The notes beneath the pieces were generated by a model that did no database searches, was not told where the DNA came from, and saw only the letters and a list, made by a program, of their open reading frames with translations. From the NCBI GenBank assembly GCA_027317865.1, contig DAHVQG010000001.1:160001-224000 (forward strand): a DNA stretch of 64,000 nt. Direction: 5' to 3'. Numbering within the stretch: position 1 is the stretch's first letter; the number at the start of each line of letters is the position of its first letter. The stretch is from Bdellovibrionales bacterium (GTDB lineage: Bacteria > Bdellovibrionota > Bdellovibrionia > Bdellovibrionales > UBA1609). A program made the translations under genes and the position numbers. Below, in pieces: positions 34,968 through 45,139 of the stretch.

Positions 34968-35408
34968 ATGGCAGAGACTGAAAAGAAAGCCGAAAAAACC
35001 GAGAAAACTGAAAAGCCAAATTCGACAGCCGGTTCTGCGCCAAAGAAAAAGACGAAGCGCAATGTCCCGGTCGGGCGCTGTTACGTTCAAGCGAGTTTTG
35101 GTAATACGATCGTCACTTTTACTGATGGTACGGGCAATGCGATATGCTGGTCGTCCGCAGGACTTCAAGGATTTAAAGGGAGCCGAAAAGGGACGCCGTT
35201 TGCGGCGCAAGTGGCAGCTGAGGATGCTGGCCGCAAAGCTCTAGAAAGCGGAGTAAAATCGGTTGATCTTTTTGTTAACGGACCAGGTGCCGGCCGTGAA
35301 CCCGCTGTTCGCGCAATTGCTGGACTTGGGATTCGCATTTCATCGTTACGTGATGTGACGCCAGTCCCGCATAACGGTTGCCGTCCCCCTAAGCGTCGTC
35401 GAATTTAA
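34968..35408 (+). CDS. rpsK: 30S ribosomal protein S11
   Basis: [18 protein letters not shown]. Confidence 0.99.
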   Translation: MAETEKKAEKTEKTEKPNSTAGSAPKKKTKRNVPVGRCYVQASFGNTIVTFTDGTGNAICWSSAGLQGFKGSRKGTPFAAQVAAEDAGRKALESGVKSVDLFVNGPGAGREPAVRAIAGLGIRISSLRDVTPVPHNGCRPPKRRRI

Positions 35409-35427
35409 AAGTTAGGAGAATTAAAGC

Positions 35428-36495
35428 ATGCAGCAGCATTATTATAAATTTTGGAGAGATTTGATCCGGCCAAAAGGTTTTGAAGTAGACAAAGACAGCC
35501 TTTCTGAAAGTTACGGCCGATTTATTGTTCGCCCGCTTGAGCGTGGATACGGGGTTACACTAGGTAATTCTTTACGTAGAATCCTGTTAAGCTCCATGAT
35601 GGGTTCGGCGGTGAGCGCGGTTAAAATCGAAGGCGTGCTGCATGAGTTCAGCACGGTCCCGGACGTTCTTGAAGACGTCACCGATATTGTTTTGAACCTT
35701 AAACAAGTTCGGTTTAAACAATTTAATTCTGAGCCTCAGACGCTTAGAATTTCAAAACAGGGCCCTGGCGTTGTGACGGCGGCTGATATTCAGATTAGCG
35801 ATCAAATCGTTATTTTAAATCCTGAACAGCACATTGCAACTCTTGGTAAAGAAGCCAAGTTTGAAGCTGAAGTCATTGTTATGTTGGGTCGAGGTTATGT
35901 CGAGGCAGAGTCGCTTAAAAAAGAATTGCCCATCGGCTATATCGCGGTTGACTCTTTACACAGCCCAATTCGTCGCGTGAACTATTCCGTGTCGAACGCT
36001 CGTGTTGGTCAACGAACCGACTATGATGCTCTTGAACTTGAAGTTTGGACCGACGGATCGCTCAAACCCGAAGAAGCAGTATCTCTGGGTTCAAAGATTT
36101 TAAAAGAGCAACTTCAGATTTTTCTAACGTTTGATGAAAATCTCGAGCCGCACGAAGAAGAAGTGAAAACGTCTTCGCCGAAACTCAACGATAATTTATT
36201 TCGATCGGTTGATGACCTTGAACTTTCAGTTCGCAGTGCGAATTGTTTGAAAAATGCGAACATTCGGTACATCGGCGAGCTTGTGACAAAAACTGAAGCC
36301 GAAATGCTTAAAACGAAAAATTTTGGCCGCAAGTCACTCAACGAGATCAAAGAAATTTTGGTTGGTATGGGGCTCTCCTTAGGGATGAAAATCGAAGGTT
36401 GGCCACCGCCAGGTTGGGATCCGAACACGCCGCCAAAGCCTGCGGTTGGTGCGACCCCTGCGGTCACACCCACGCCGAACGGACAACAGCAGTAG
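35428..36495 (+). CDS. rpoA: RNA polymerase alpha subunit
   Basis: [35 protein letters not shown]; Pro-rich tail. Confidence 0.99.
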   Translation: MQQHYYKFWRDLIRPKGFEVDKDSLSESYGRFIVRPLERGYGVTLGNSLRRILLSSMMGSAVSAVKIEGVLHEFSTVPDVLEDVTDIVLNLKQVRFKQFNSEPQTLRISKQGPGVVTAADIQISDQIVILNPEQHIATLGKEAKFEAEVIVMLGRGYVEAESLKKELPIGYIAVDSLHSPIRRVNYSVSNARVGQRTDYDALELEVWTDGSLKPEEAVSLGSKILKEQLQIFLTFDENLEPHEEEVKTSSPKLNDNLFRSVDDLELSVRSANCLKNANIRYIGELVTKTEAEMLKTKNFGRKSLNEIKEILVGMGLSLGMKIEGWPPPGWDPNTPPKPAVGATPAVTPTPNGQQQ

Positions 36496-36517
36496 AATTA
36501 TTTGAGGAGTAGTTAAG

Positions 36518-37021
36518 ATGCGACACAAAGTTCACAGTCACTCTTTTAGCCGGAAATTGACAGCCCGTAAGTCGCTTATGCGGGGGCTGATCGCATCGAT
36601 GGTGTTAAATGAGCGAGTTCGCACGACGCTTGCGAAAGCCAAAGAACTTCGTCGTCATGTCGATCGTGCGGTTACATTGAGTAAAAAAGGTGACTTATCT
36701 GCGCGGCGCTTATTGATTTCGAAAATTGGCCATCCGGAAGCGGTTGAAAAGTTGATTAAAGAAGTTGGTGTGCGCTTTAAGTCACGTCCGGGCGGTTATA
36801 CACGCATATTGAAACTCAATGCCCGCCCTGGCGATATGGCTCCGATGGCCTATATTGAATTTGTTGACTACAAGTTGCCAGAAGCGGCTAAAGACGGCGA
36901 AACAACTGTGCGTGGTGACAAAGATTCAGTGAAAAAGGCAAAGGTTCGTGCGAAGGCAGCTGCAAAACAAAAGAAATCGATACGGCAGTTGCAAGCGCGA
37001 TCACGTCGAATGGCTCGGTAA
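36518..37021 (+). CDS. rplQ: 50S ribosomal protein L17
   Basis: TTLAKAKELR, RPGGYTRI; basic C-terminal extension. Confidence 0.98.
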   Translation: MRHKVHSHSFSRKLTARKSLMRGLIASMVLNERVRTTLAKAKELRRHVDRAVTLSKKGDLSARRLLISKIGHPEAVEKLIKEVGVRFKSRPGGYTRILKLNARPGDMAPMAYIEFVDYKLPEAAKDGETTVRGDKDSVKKAKVRAKAAAKQKKSIRQLQARSRRMAR

Positions 37022-37024
37022 AAA

Positions 37025-37621
37025 ATGAAGATATCTCCCCAAGTAAAAGCGCTCCTCGTTGTCATTCTGTTGGCAGGGGTGTTGTGGCTCTTGTGGATAA
37101 GATATCGCGGTGTTTTAACTCGCGGACGAATGCCCCCGCGTTCAACACAAATTCTGATGCGGCTTGAAAAACATGGGATACCCGATTTTTCATTTCGTGA
37201 TTTAAGCGGTCAAAAAATAAGTCTAGCGAAGTTTCACGGTAAAGTTGTACTGCTCAATTTCTTTGCGTCATGGTGCGACCCCTGCGTGGCCGAGTTCCCT
37301 TCATTACTTAAACTTGTTGATCATTTTAAAGGCAAGGTTGTGCTAATTGCCGTATCAGCTGATTATACACTGTCGGATCTAAAGTCGTTTTTGGGAACAT
37401 TTCATATCAACAGTAATTATGTACATGTGATCTGGGATAAAAATCAAAAGCTGGCCCAAGAATATGGGACATTTCAATTGCCGGAATCTTATATAATCGA
37501 CCGAAAAGGGCGGTTAGTTCGAAAAATTGCAGGTTCTGAGAACTGGGCTTCGTCCGACGCTTACGAATTTTTTAAAGACGTTTGGGCTGGGCGTATTTCT
37601 AATACAGCAATAAAACAATAA
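37025..37621 (+). CDS. Membrane-anchored TlpA/ResA-family thiol:disulfide oxidoreductase
   Basis: N-terminal TM, NFFASWCDPC, LPESYIID. Confidence 0.9.
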   Translation: MKISPQVKALLVVILLAGVLWLLWIRYRGVLTRGRMPPRSTQILMRLEKHGIPDFSFRDLSGQKISLAKFHGKVVLLNFFASWCDPCVAEFPSLLKLVDHFKGKVVLIAVSADYTLSDLKSFLGTFHINSNYVHVIWDKNQKLAQEYGTFQLPESYIIDRKGRLVRKIAGSENWASSDAYEFFKDVWAGRISNTAIKQ

Positions 37622-37639
37622 TAATTTATTTTGAATGCG

Positions 37640-38062
37640 CTAATTCTGCTGACCAGAGAGTGTAGGCAGTTGCTTTGATAACTCCCGAAGTTTTTCTCTT
37701 TGTTCGGGAGTCCAAGTTGCGGCAAACGCGGCTGGATTTCTGCTGAATTTTTCTAATTCCTTTTGCATTTTGGCGGGATCGCCGTGCGAGCCTTTTACGA
37801 CATTAGCAAAGACGTCGGACGCGAGACTATAAATTTCTTGGGATGTTTTGGTGTTACCACCAGTAATTTTGTTTACATACGCCTCGGCGGCTTTTGCTTT
37901 GGCGCTATTTTTACTAAATTCTTCACGTTTCGAAGGATTTTGTAACAGTGACTGAGTTTGTTTTAATGCCTGGCCGGAAGCGGCGTCGAGGCTTTGGGCA
38001 TGGCCATGTACCGAAATGAGAAAAAACAAGGCTGAAATCAAAGCAAACGAATTCCCTGACAT
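37640..38062 (-). CDS. Hypothetical secreted helical protein
   Basis: Signal peptide ending GHA; convergent with the TlpA gene. Confidence 0.65.
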   Translation of the reverse strand: MSGNSFALISALFFLISVHGHAQSLDAASGQALKQTQSLLQNPSKREEFSKNSAKAKAAEAYVNKITGGNTKTSQEIYSLASDVFANVVKGSHGDPAKMQKELEKFSRNPAAFAATWTPEQREKLRELSKQLPTLSGQQN

Positions 38063-38160
38063 AGTAGGTTATCGGTTAAACAGTACCTAAACTTTAGGTT
38101 AGTAGAGCGCGTGTTGTTAGTAGAGCGCGAATAGGTTGGCGCAACGTTTGGGGGGCGCAA

Positions 38161-38176
38161 GTCCGATGAGTCGGAC
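38161..38176. promoter_or_regulatory. Palindromic operator candidate
   Basis: GTCCGA-tgag-TCGGAC perfect inverted repeat about 80 nt upstream of the XRE gene. Confidence 0.45.
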
Positions 38177-38258
38177 AATTTGGCAAGAGAAGACGGATTT
38201 AGTCGTGTTTGTCGGATTTTTATAAACAAAATAACTCCGTCGGCAAATGATAAATGAA

Positions 38259-38579
38259 ATGAATTTAAAGGCGCAGCTGCGTAGTTTATTACGAGCCAAC
38301 GGCATGACAGCGGCGGATTTGTCGCGTGCAACGGGGATTCCAAAACAGTCAATATCGGATTGGCTTGCGGGAGTGGCTCCACGAGACCTAAGGCGGTTGA
38401 AAAAAGTCGCCGGAGTTTTTGGCGTCACTGTTGATGAATTGGTGTTTGGCGAGTTTGACGGTTCGTCTAATCAAAAAATGTTTGATTTCGCAACCACAGT
38501 TGACGATGATGGTTGGATTACGGGTCTTTATGAGATTCGGTTTCGACGTGTTCAGCACGATAGGGGTGGTAACAGTTGA
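38259..38579 (+). CDS. XRE-family HTH transcriptional regulator
   Basis: TAADLSRATGIPKQSISDW...LKKVAGVFGVTVDELV. Confidence 0.88.
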   Translation: MNLKAQLRSLLRANGMTAADLSRATGIPKQSISDWLAGVAPRDLRRLKKVAGVFGVTVDELVFGEFDGSSNQKMFDFATTVDDDGWITGLYEIRFRRVQHDRGGNS

Positions 38580-38803
38580 CACAAGGTGGCCCAATACAGT
38601 CGGTATCAACTGAAGATTTAACCAAAGAAGAGCCGCGGCGGCATACTATTCTAATTCGAAAAGTTCGGTGCAATACAAAAGAGTGTAAATGCGGTCGTGT
38701 TCATGAATCGTTGCCCAAAAGGGCACTGCCGCTTCGCTGGGGTAGCAAAATTGCGTGGCGTTTTACCTGCGAGTGCGGAGCAACGCTCACTTGGAGTGTC
38801 TAA
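38576..38803 (+). CDS. Small Cys-rich (zinc-ribbon-like) hypothetical protein
   Basis: CxxxxCxC...CxC; TTGA overlap with the XRE stop and GGGGTGG RBS. Confidence 0.55.
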   Translation: MTQGGPIQSVSTEDLTKEEPRRHTILIRKVRCNTKECKCGRVHESLPKRALPLRWGSKIAWRFTCECGATLTWSV

Positions 38804-38840
38804 ATTTTTGACAACCTAATGAAAAATGGTGGCGTCGATG

Positions 38841-38900
38841 GCGATTGACGCCGAGAAATGTCGATAGATACCGAGAAATGCCGAGAAGTGTCGCTATCGA
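38841..38900. repeat. Degenerate 10-bp tandem repeat array
   Basis: gCGAttgacg cCGAgaaatg tCGAtagata cCGAgaaatg cCGAgaagtg tCGCtatcga. Confidence 0.7.
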
Positions 38901-38931
38901 ATATTTAACGGTTCGGGTATAATCCTGTGCA

Positions 38932-39474
38932 GTGAAAATCCTTTCTTTTTTAATTTTAATCACTTTAACTTCAGGGATGGCACTGGGCCAGCCGACAACC
39001 ATAGTTCGCGTCAAAGCTTTAAAGGAGCGCCGAAATTCGTGTCCTGTGGAATTGGCCGCGAATGATATTATACGTGAAGCGATTGCTCAAGCGCAGGCCG
39101 TAAAAGAAAGCGCGCTCGCCAAAAGTGAATGGCAGTGTTTGAGCCGCACCGGATATCAAATGAAGATTCGTTTTGATGAGGTTGCCGTGGCTATCCCGAG
39201 TGATGGCAGGCAAAATCTCAGTGGCACACTGGATTTCGAGTTAACGGGTTCTGAATTTAAAGAACCAATTGTGCAGTCGGCTCGTTATTATTCAGCTGGC
39301 AATCGCAAAATTTCATTCGGTATCGCGGGCCGAGATTCTTACAATCACGGTTTTCGCGAAGTTATTTTGGCGTTTGGTCCTGAAAATCAGGTGACCAGGG
39401 CAGAGTTGGTTCACATCAATTTTACTGGGCGTAACCTTTTTGAGCTTTCATGCCATGCAATTTCCGCAATTTAA
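38932..39474 (+). CDS. Hypothetical secreted protein
   Basis: Signal peptide ending ALG; three Cys. Confidence 0.6.
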   Translation: MKILSFLILITLTSGMALGQPTTIVRVKALKERRNSCPVELAANDIIREAIAQAQAVKESALAKSEWQCLSRTGYQMKIRFDEVAVAIPSDGRQNLSGTLDFELTGSEFKEPIVQSARYYSAGNRKISFGIAGRDSYNHGFREVILAFGPENQVTRAELVHINFTGRNLFELSCHAISAI

Positions 39475-40228
39475 AGGCAAATCCGAATTAGAAACTCTGA
39501 CGTCGCCAGGCGCCTATCTTGAATATTTGAAAACGCGAGGGGCTTACCCGTCGAACCCAGCACCGAGTGGAATCGTCATGTGCTACAGTCGCCGATTATT
39601 CGATTATATTCGCGAAAATCACAAAACCACCCCAGGCGACGGTTTTGCAAAGTTTGTTCATTTTCTCGACGAGTCTTATGGCAATATTGCGGTCACGAAA
39701 TGTTTCGGCATCGGCGCCCCGACAGCAGTGACGGTCGTCGAAGAGCTTATCGCATGGGGAGTAAAATCGTTTATCTCAATTGGTACGGCCGGCACGCTGC
39801 AACCCTCCATCAACATTGGTGACATCGTTTTATGTGAGCGGGCGATTCGCGATGAGGGGACGTCATTTCATTATATTGCCCCGGCAAAGTACGCCGAAGC
39901 ATCGAAAATCCTCACTGATAAATTAGAAATCCAATTGCAAATGCAAAATTTAAGATTCTTTAGGGGGACCAGCTGGACAACGGACGCGCCATACAGAGAG
40001 ACAATCGAAGAAGCGCGTGCCTATCAGGCGGAAGGGATTTCGACGGTTGATATGGAGGCCGCCGCTCTATTTTCAGTCGGTGCTTTTCGCAATGTTGAAA
40101 TGTCGGCCATGTTTTCTGTTTCGGATTCACTTGCAAAATTGAAATGGGAGCCGCATTTTCACAATGATAAAACGATGCAAAGTTTAGATAAAATATTTCA
40201 AGCGGCCAAGTGCGCGCTGTCATCTTAA
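39455..40228 (+). CDS. Nucleoside phosphorylase (PNP_UDP_1 family)
   Basis: GIGAP, IGTAG, RDEGTS, WTTDAPYRET, VDMEAAA. Confidence 0.92.
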   Translation: MQFPQFKGKSELETLTSPGAYLEYLKTRGAYPSNPAPSGIVMCYSRRLFDYIRENHKTTPGDGFAKFVHFLDESYGNIAVTKCFGIGAPTAVTVVEELIAWGVKSFISIGTAGTLQPSINIGDIVLCERAIRDEGTSFHYIAPAKYAEASKILTDKLEIQLQMQNLRFFRGTSWTTDAPYRETIEEARAYQAEGISTVDMEAAALFSVGAFRNVEMSAMFSVSDSLAKLKWEPHFHNDKTMQSLDKIFQAAKCALSS

Positions 40229-40249
40229 GCAGTAAGAGGGGGATTTCAT

Positions 40250-41656
40250 ATGCAAAGCATGGAAAACGAATTTATCTCGCAGTTTTGGGATCAGCAAATT
40301 GTCCCCACTTTAAAAACTTATATCGAGATACCGGCGAAATCGCCGGGTTTTGATCCGGACTGGAAGAAGTCCGGCCATATAGATCGTGCGCTTGAGCTTG
40401 TAAAAGAATGGATTGTAGAACAGGACGTTGAAGGGTTGAGTACTAAAGTATTTGAAGAACCCAATCGCACGCCGCTCATTTTGTTGGATTTGCCAGGCAC
40501 TCACGATCGACAAGTGCTGATGTACGGCCATCTTGATAAACAGCCTGAGATGACTGGCTGGAGTGAAGGCCTTGGCCCATGGCAAGCTGTTCAACGCGGC
40601 GAAAAACTTTATGGACGGGGCGGCGCGGACGACGGCTATGCCGTGTTCGCCTGCGTATGCGCACTCAAAGAATTACAGCGTACAAATGCCCCGCGGCCGC
40701 ACATACGGGTGGCTATTGAATTCAGCGAAGAAAGTGGGTCAACCGATTTACCCTATTATTTTGATCGGTATGCTGCCGAATTTGGTACGCCTGATCTTGT
40801 AATTTGTCTTGATTCGGGCGCCGGCAATTATGAACAGTTTTGGATGACGACCTCTTTGCGCGGTCTCATTAACGGAATATTGCGTGTGCAAGTTTTAGAT
40901 GAAGGAGTGCACTCAGGAGACGCCAGTGGCGTCGTGCCGTCATCGTTTCGAATCGCGCGAATGCTCCTCGATCGAATTGAAAATGTAAAAACGGGAGAAG
41001 TGAAATTGCCGGGATTTAAAATGAATGTTCCAAAAGAACGAATGATGCAGATAAGGCGAGCCGGTAAAGCGTTGGGGCGTGAGGTATACGCGAAATTTCC
41101 GTTTAACGGCCGCATGCTCCCTGCGGCACGTGACATTCAAACTTTGATTTTAAATCGCACGTGGCGTTCAGCTTTGTCGGTGACCGGTGCGGGTGGTCTG
41201 CCTGAGCCGGTCAAAGCGGGCAACGTTCTAAGGCCGTATACGGAGCTCAAGTTGTCGCTGCGTCTACCGCCAACGCTCAACGCTGATCGTGCCGCAAAAA
41301 TATTAAAAAAAACGCTCGAAAAAAATCCACCGTATCGGGCTCGAGTGACATTTGAAATTGAAGACAAGGCGGATGGATGGGATGCGCCGACCATGAAACC
41401 GGGGCTTATGCGACTTGTTCAAGAGGCATCGAGAAAATCATTTGGTCACGAAGCGCTGGCGATGGGTGAAGGCGGTTCGATCCCGTTTATGGGGATGTTG
41501 GGTAAGAAATTTCCGAAAGCGCAATTTGTGATCACGGGGGTGTTGGGCCCAGGATCTAATGCTCATGGCCCCAATGAATTCATTCACATTGGCTATGCCA
41601 AAAAAGTAAACGCATGCATCGCGCACATTCTCGCGAACTCACGAGATATTGGTTAA
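40250..41656 (+). CDS. M20/M25/M40 metallopeptidase
   Basis: YGHLDKQP, GRGGADDG, EESGS, EGGSIP, NAHGPNE. Confidence 0.93.
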   Translation: MQSMENEFISQFWDQQIVPTLKTYIEIPAKSPGFDPDWKKSGHIDRALELVKEWIVEQDVEGLSTKVFEEPNRTPLILLDLPGTHDRQVLMYGHLDKQPEMTGWSEGLGPWQAVQRGEKLYGRGGADDGYAVFACVCALKELQRTNAPRPHIRVAIEFSEESGSTDLPYYFDRYAAEFGTPDLVICLDSGAGNYEQFWMTTSLRGLINGILRVQVLDEGVHSGDASGVVPSSFRIARMLLDRIENVKTGEVKLPGFKMNVPKERMMQIRRAGKALGREVYAKFPFNGRMLPAARDIQTLILNRTWRSALSVTGAGGLPEPVKAGNVLRPYTELKLSLRLPPTLNADRAAKILKKTLEKNPPYRARVTFEIEDKADGWDAPTMKPGLMRLVQEASRKSFGHEALAMGEGGSIPFMGMLGKKFPKAQFVITGVLGPGSNAHGPNEFIHIGYAKKVNACIAHILANSRDIG

Positions 41657-41849
41657 CCTTATTTGGCACCACAAATGGCGTTGTAATAGGCGTGTGTCGC
41701 CGTTTTTGCTTGCGAAGTCGGTGCCGCCAATACGCGCGCACTCAACCCGAAAATTTAAAATTTTGCGCAAAAGAGAAAAGTCATTTTAAATTGGATTCTC
41801 GAAATCATTCGGCATCCTTAGAATTCAATGGAGTATTTATAGCCACGCA

Positions 41850-43421
41850 TTAAAATTGCGTGTCGTCGTCTGAAAAGACGAGGTGTTTTTTTCTTGTTAA
41901 GAAATAAGCCGATGCCGCAGCTATTGTGAAAGCCACAATGCAAATCTCCGTCAAAACTTGGGTCTGGCGTCTGCGAAATACTCTTAACTGCGCTTCGCTG
42001 TAGCCTTGAAGCTCCGTGATGCAACTTTTCGACATGATAAATCCACGCGAACAGGCGTAACTAGAAATTGTTTGAAATATTCCCGCGTTGTCGTTGCCGG
42101 GCATTGAGGCCGGGCCGCGCCCCTCGATTACATCATTAAATGATTCGTCACCAATGGGTAAATATTTGTTTTGATTCATAGCCGGATCTGGCCCGAATTG
42201 TTCGCCGGGCTGTGTGCCAGGTGAATCGTTTGACCCCCAGTTCTTATTTGCGTTTGTTGTTTGACCGGTAACCCCTCCGCGCGATGGCGAGTATCCGCCG
42301 CCCGAGGCAAGTCCTCGCATGATGTGCGTATTCCAATCTTTTTGAGTTTGTAGAGATCGCCCGAAGTCTGCATTTGCAGATCTATTCGCGTTTTTCAAAC
42401 CGTTGCCAAGTGGACTGGCACCGCCGCCGGTTCGAGTCTGCGAAAGTCTTGCGTGCGCCGGGTAAATGTTTCGTATTTGCGGAAGTTGCTGGTTGTCGAC
42501 ATTGATCGTGAGTGAATTATTGAAGGGATTATTTGAGGCTCCACTTGAATTTCCATTGTAGGCCATCGCAATTCCGCCGCTTGTACCGTTGGTTCCTGGA
42601 CCGTTCGCGTGTATGGTAGACGCTTGAGCCGTTTGCGTCTTTGTCTGACAATTACTTGCAATTTTAACGTTAAGTTGCGCTTCGTCTGCCTGAGTTAACA
42701 TTGTGGATTCAACTGTTGTAAGGCGGCTACACGCGGTGGAACCCGCAATTCCGCTACACACTGAAGCACACTGGGCGATTGCCAAGTGACATTGATTGGC
42801 TAGATATGTGTCAAGTGCTGTTGCCACACGGGAGGCGTGTTTCATTTGATCGCACAGCACTGAAATACCTCCCGATGATTGCGCTGTTGCGCCAAGCGCC
42901 TGTTCAAGCACCTGCGCGACCGACTTTTGGCTGCCACCTCCGACATTTACGCTTGGGTTCACGCAATTTTGATAAGCAATCGATTGAGCGCGTGAGCATT
43001 CGTACTGCTGCTGTTGTTCTTGTTCGTATTGCTGCGCTTGCCGCTGTTCTTGTTCGGCTGAATTACCGTCGTTTGAGGTTTGCTGTTGGTATTGTGAGGT
43101 TTGGCTACTTCCCCCGCCGCCGGCAGCTCCATTGGTTGTCGAGCCAGGTGGGTTTTGCGCATAGGGGTTGGCTCGATGCCAAAGACGCCCTTGATTGGAT
43201 CCCTGCTGGTTACCCAGAAATTTCACACATGCGCTTCGAATGCCTTCAGGAATCGAGGGGTTTTCAATAATCCTCGGGCAATATTGCGTTGTTGGTATAA
43301 ATTTCGCTGTTACATCGACTTCAGGCAGGGTCGCTGACGGCGGTCCGCTTTGCGCAAATGCGAAACAAGTAAAAAATAGTGAGCCAAATAATATGATAAA
43401 ACATGATCTATTTAACAGCAT
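41850..43421 (-). CDS. Secreted Cys/Gln/Gly-rich protein with C-terminal membrane anchor
   Basis: Signal peptide ending AFA, Cys-rich helical middle, low-complexity region, RGPAS motif, C-terminal TM followed by RKKH. Confidence 0.7.
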   Translation of the reverse strand: MLLNRSCFIILFGSLFFTCFAFAQSGPPSATLPEVDVTAKFIPTTQYCPRIIENPSIPEGIRSACVKFLGNQQGSNQGRLWHRANPYAQNPPGSTTNGAAGGGGSSQTSQYQQQTSNDGNSAEQEQRQAQQYEQEQQQQYECSRAQSIAYQNCVNPSVNVGGGSQKSVAQVLEQALGATAQSSGGISVLCDQMKHASRVATALDTYLANQCHLAIAQCASVCSGIAGSTACSRLTTVESTMLTQADEAQLNVKIASNCQTKTQTAQASTIHANGPGTNGTSGGIAMAYNGNSSGASNNPFNNSLTINVDNQQLPQIRNIYPAHARLSQTRTGGGASPLGNGLKNANRSANADFGRSLQTQKDWNTHIMRGLASGGGYSPSRGGVTGQTTNANKNWGSNDSPGTQPGEQFGPDPAMNQNKYLPIGDESFNDVIEGRGPASMPGNDNAGIFQTISSYACSRGFIMSKSCITELQGYSEAQLRVFRRRQTQVLTEICIVAFTIAAASAYFLTRKKHLVFSDDDTQF

Positions 43422-43510
43422 GATCCCGCCTCAGTATAATTTAAGAATAGCAAAGTTTTAAATTTTTGTCTTATAAGTTTCTAATGGTCGGTTTCAAATT
43501 GAAATAAAAT

Positions 43511-44380
43511 CTATTTCTTTGAAAAGTATGAGAAGCGCGAGAAGACGTGCTGAACACCTGAAATGTCGTCTGCTGTTAGATAGAAGAAATCGTCTGAAGC
43601 CATAACGCTCGGCGGTTGACTGTACCAATTTGAGACATGATTTGGGTCGCAGCCCTCTTTTTTCATAAACTTCACGTCATCCGTATCACAAAGTCCAAAC
43701 GAGTGCCCAAATTCGTGAAGTAAAAAGGGATAAGATGAATTATACACCATGGCGTCGCTTTGATCGCCCCATTGTGGTCTAACCCAAGTCGCAATTGTTT
43801 TGAAAGTTGTCTGATGTTTCGTAATTCGTTTTATTAATTTTTGAAGCGTGATGTGCTTAGTTTTGAGTAAGTCGCGAACAACGTAAGCAAAGTCGTCATC
43901 GAATAATATCGCATTGTCGTGGTAATAGCTGTATGTTGTGGACAACACGACGTGATCAAATAGCTGTGCATTTTTCGTGTTCATATCAATATATTCAAAG
44001 CTCTGGTGCGTGTCATGACTGTGCGGTGGTGGCGGCGACCCGACGTCAACCATCAAATTAAGTCCAGGAGTTGAGCAGCTTACCCTTTTTATTTTAACAG
44101 GCCCGGTCCAGTTTTTTACGGCATTTAGCCACTGCTGCAAAGCTAACGGTACTTCAATCTCCATTGATGAATAACTAAATTTACCAGGAGCGGGGTCGCG
44201 AAGATTTAAGCAATAATCGATTCTGTGATTTTGATAAGCCGGATAAATGAGAAGCGCATACCGCTCGTAACCGTCAAGCACCTTGAGTTCTCCCCATGCC
44301 CAAGCACGCGAACCAAATGCCGAACAGATTACAAGAACAACAACAAAGACTGTTTGTGGTAAAACTCTTTTTATTGACAT
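43511..44380 (-). CDS. Secreted metzincin (matrixin-like) zinc protease
   Basis: Signal peptide ending AWA, HEFGHSFGLCD (HExxHxxGxxD), Met-turn SVM, LTADDISG. Confidence 0.8.
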   Translation of the reverse strand: MSIKRVLPQTVFVVVLVICSAFGSRAWAWGELKVLDGYERYALLIYPAYQNHRIDYCLNLRDPAPGKFSYSSMEIEVPLALQQWLNAVKNWTGPVKIKRVSCSTPGLNLMVDVGSPPPPHSHDTHQSFEYIDMNTKNAQLFDHVVLSTTYSYYHDNAILFDDDFAYVVRDLLKTKHITLQKLIKRITKHQTTFKTIATWVRPQWGDQSDAMVYNSSYPFLLHEFGHSFGLCDTDDVKFMKKEGCDPNHVSNWYSQPPSVMASDDFFYLTADDISGVQHVFSRFSYFSKK

Positions 44381-44466
44381 GCGCGCCACTATAACCGAGG
44401 GGTTCTTGCATCGCTACTATTGTGCGGGTGGTTTGTAAATCTTGACCGATTTGAATAAAAATCTGA

Positions 44467-44496
44467 CAAAAGAACCACCGGGTGGTGGTTTTTTTT
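44467..44496. terminator. Intrinsic terminator, probably the displaced tRNA-Arg terminator
   Basis: AACCACC-gggt-GGTGGTT stem flanked by an A run and a T run. Confidence 0.75.
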
Positions 44497-44817
44497 GTTG
44501 GTGATCCATGCTTGTCGATATCCGAACTTTTATATGCTGTTGATTTCTGGGCGCATTCTTTTGAGTGCCGGAATCGAATTTCGTTTGAAGACGCCGATTT
44601 GATCGTTGAAAAGTATAAAAATGGCTGTTCGCTTCGAGATATCGCAAAACTCGTCGGTCGTTCAAAAACAAAAATTCGGCGTGAGTTGAACCGTCGGGGA
44701 ATCAAGCCGCGAGACAAGATCACTCAAGCGACTCACTTGCGTTCACCCAAGTCAGGAAAGCAAGGCGCTCGACCGTATTACGGTTTTTGTTATTTCAAGG
44801 GGCAATTTGGCAAATAA
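44482..44817 (+). pseudogene. HTH plus truncated recombinase-like fragment
   Basis: HTH SLRDIAKLVGRSKTKIRREL, then RPYYGFCY resembling the start of a serine-recombinase DNA-binding domain, then a stop; reads inward from the att repeat. Confidence 0.5.
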
Positions 44818-45139
44818 AGCAAATTTTAGTTTAGACACGCACCACCTCAATTTATAATTTAATTTCTATATTTTATTTCTTCGCTCCGTTTCTTGGAATC
44901 AGCTTTACAATTTGCACTTTTGTGCAGCTCTCAAAAATTGCATTGGCTTCATCAAACGCGTCGCCAATTGATGGGGAATCGTTTGTCCAGTCGTGTTCGT
45001 TCGTCAAAAGCTAGAAACGAAACATTGAATGAATTTCTGAAGTGGATAAAAGACAACGAGGGTGGCGATAAAAAGAAAGCAGCTTGAATTCATTGCCACC
45101 GCTTGCTCGCTCTGTCGAGGGCTAAACTTCTCGTGATAT

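Noticed and set aside
41657-41849. Imperfect long hairpin (GGCACC...GGTGCC) as an ncRNA
   Set aside because: Pairing is weak and is adequately explained by termination between convergent genes
37640-44466. Prophage or larger island extending from tRNA-Arg to rplQ
   Set aside because: No intact integrase, no structural genes and no further att copy seen; the only supported boundary is 44498
44893-45087. 64-aa ORF as a functional gene
   Set aside because: TTG start, no RBS and no motif; probably a remnant inside the decayed island
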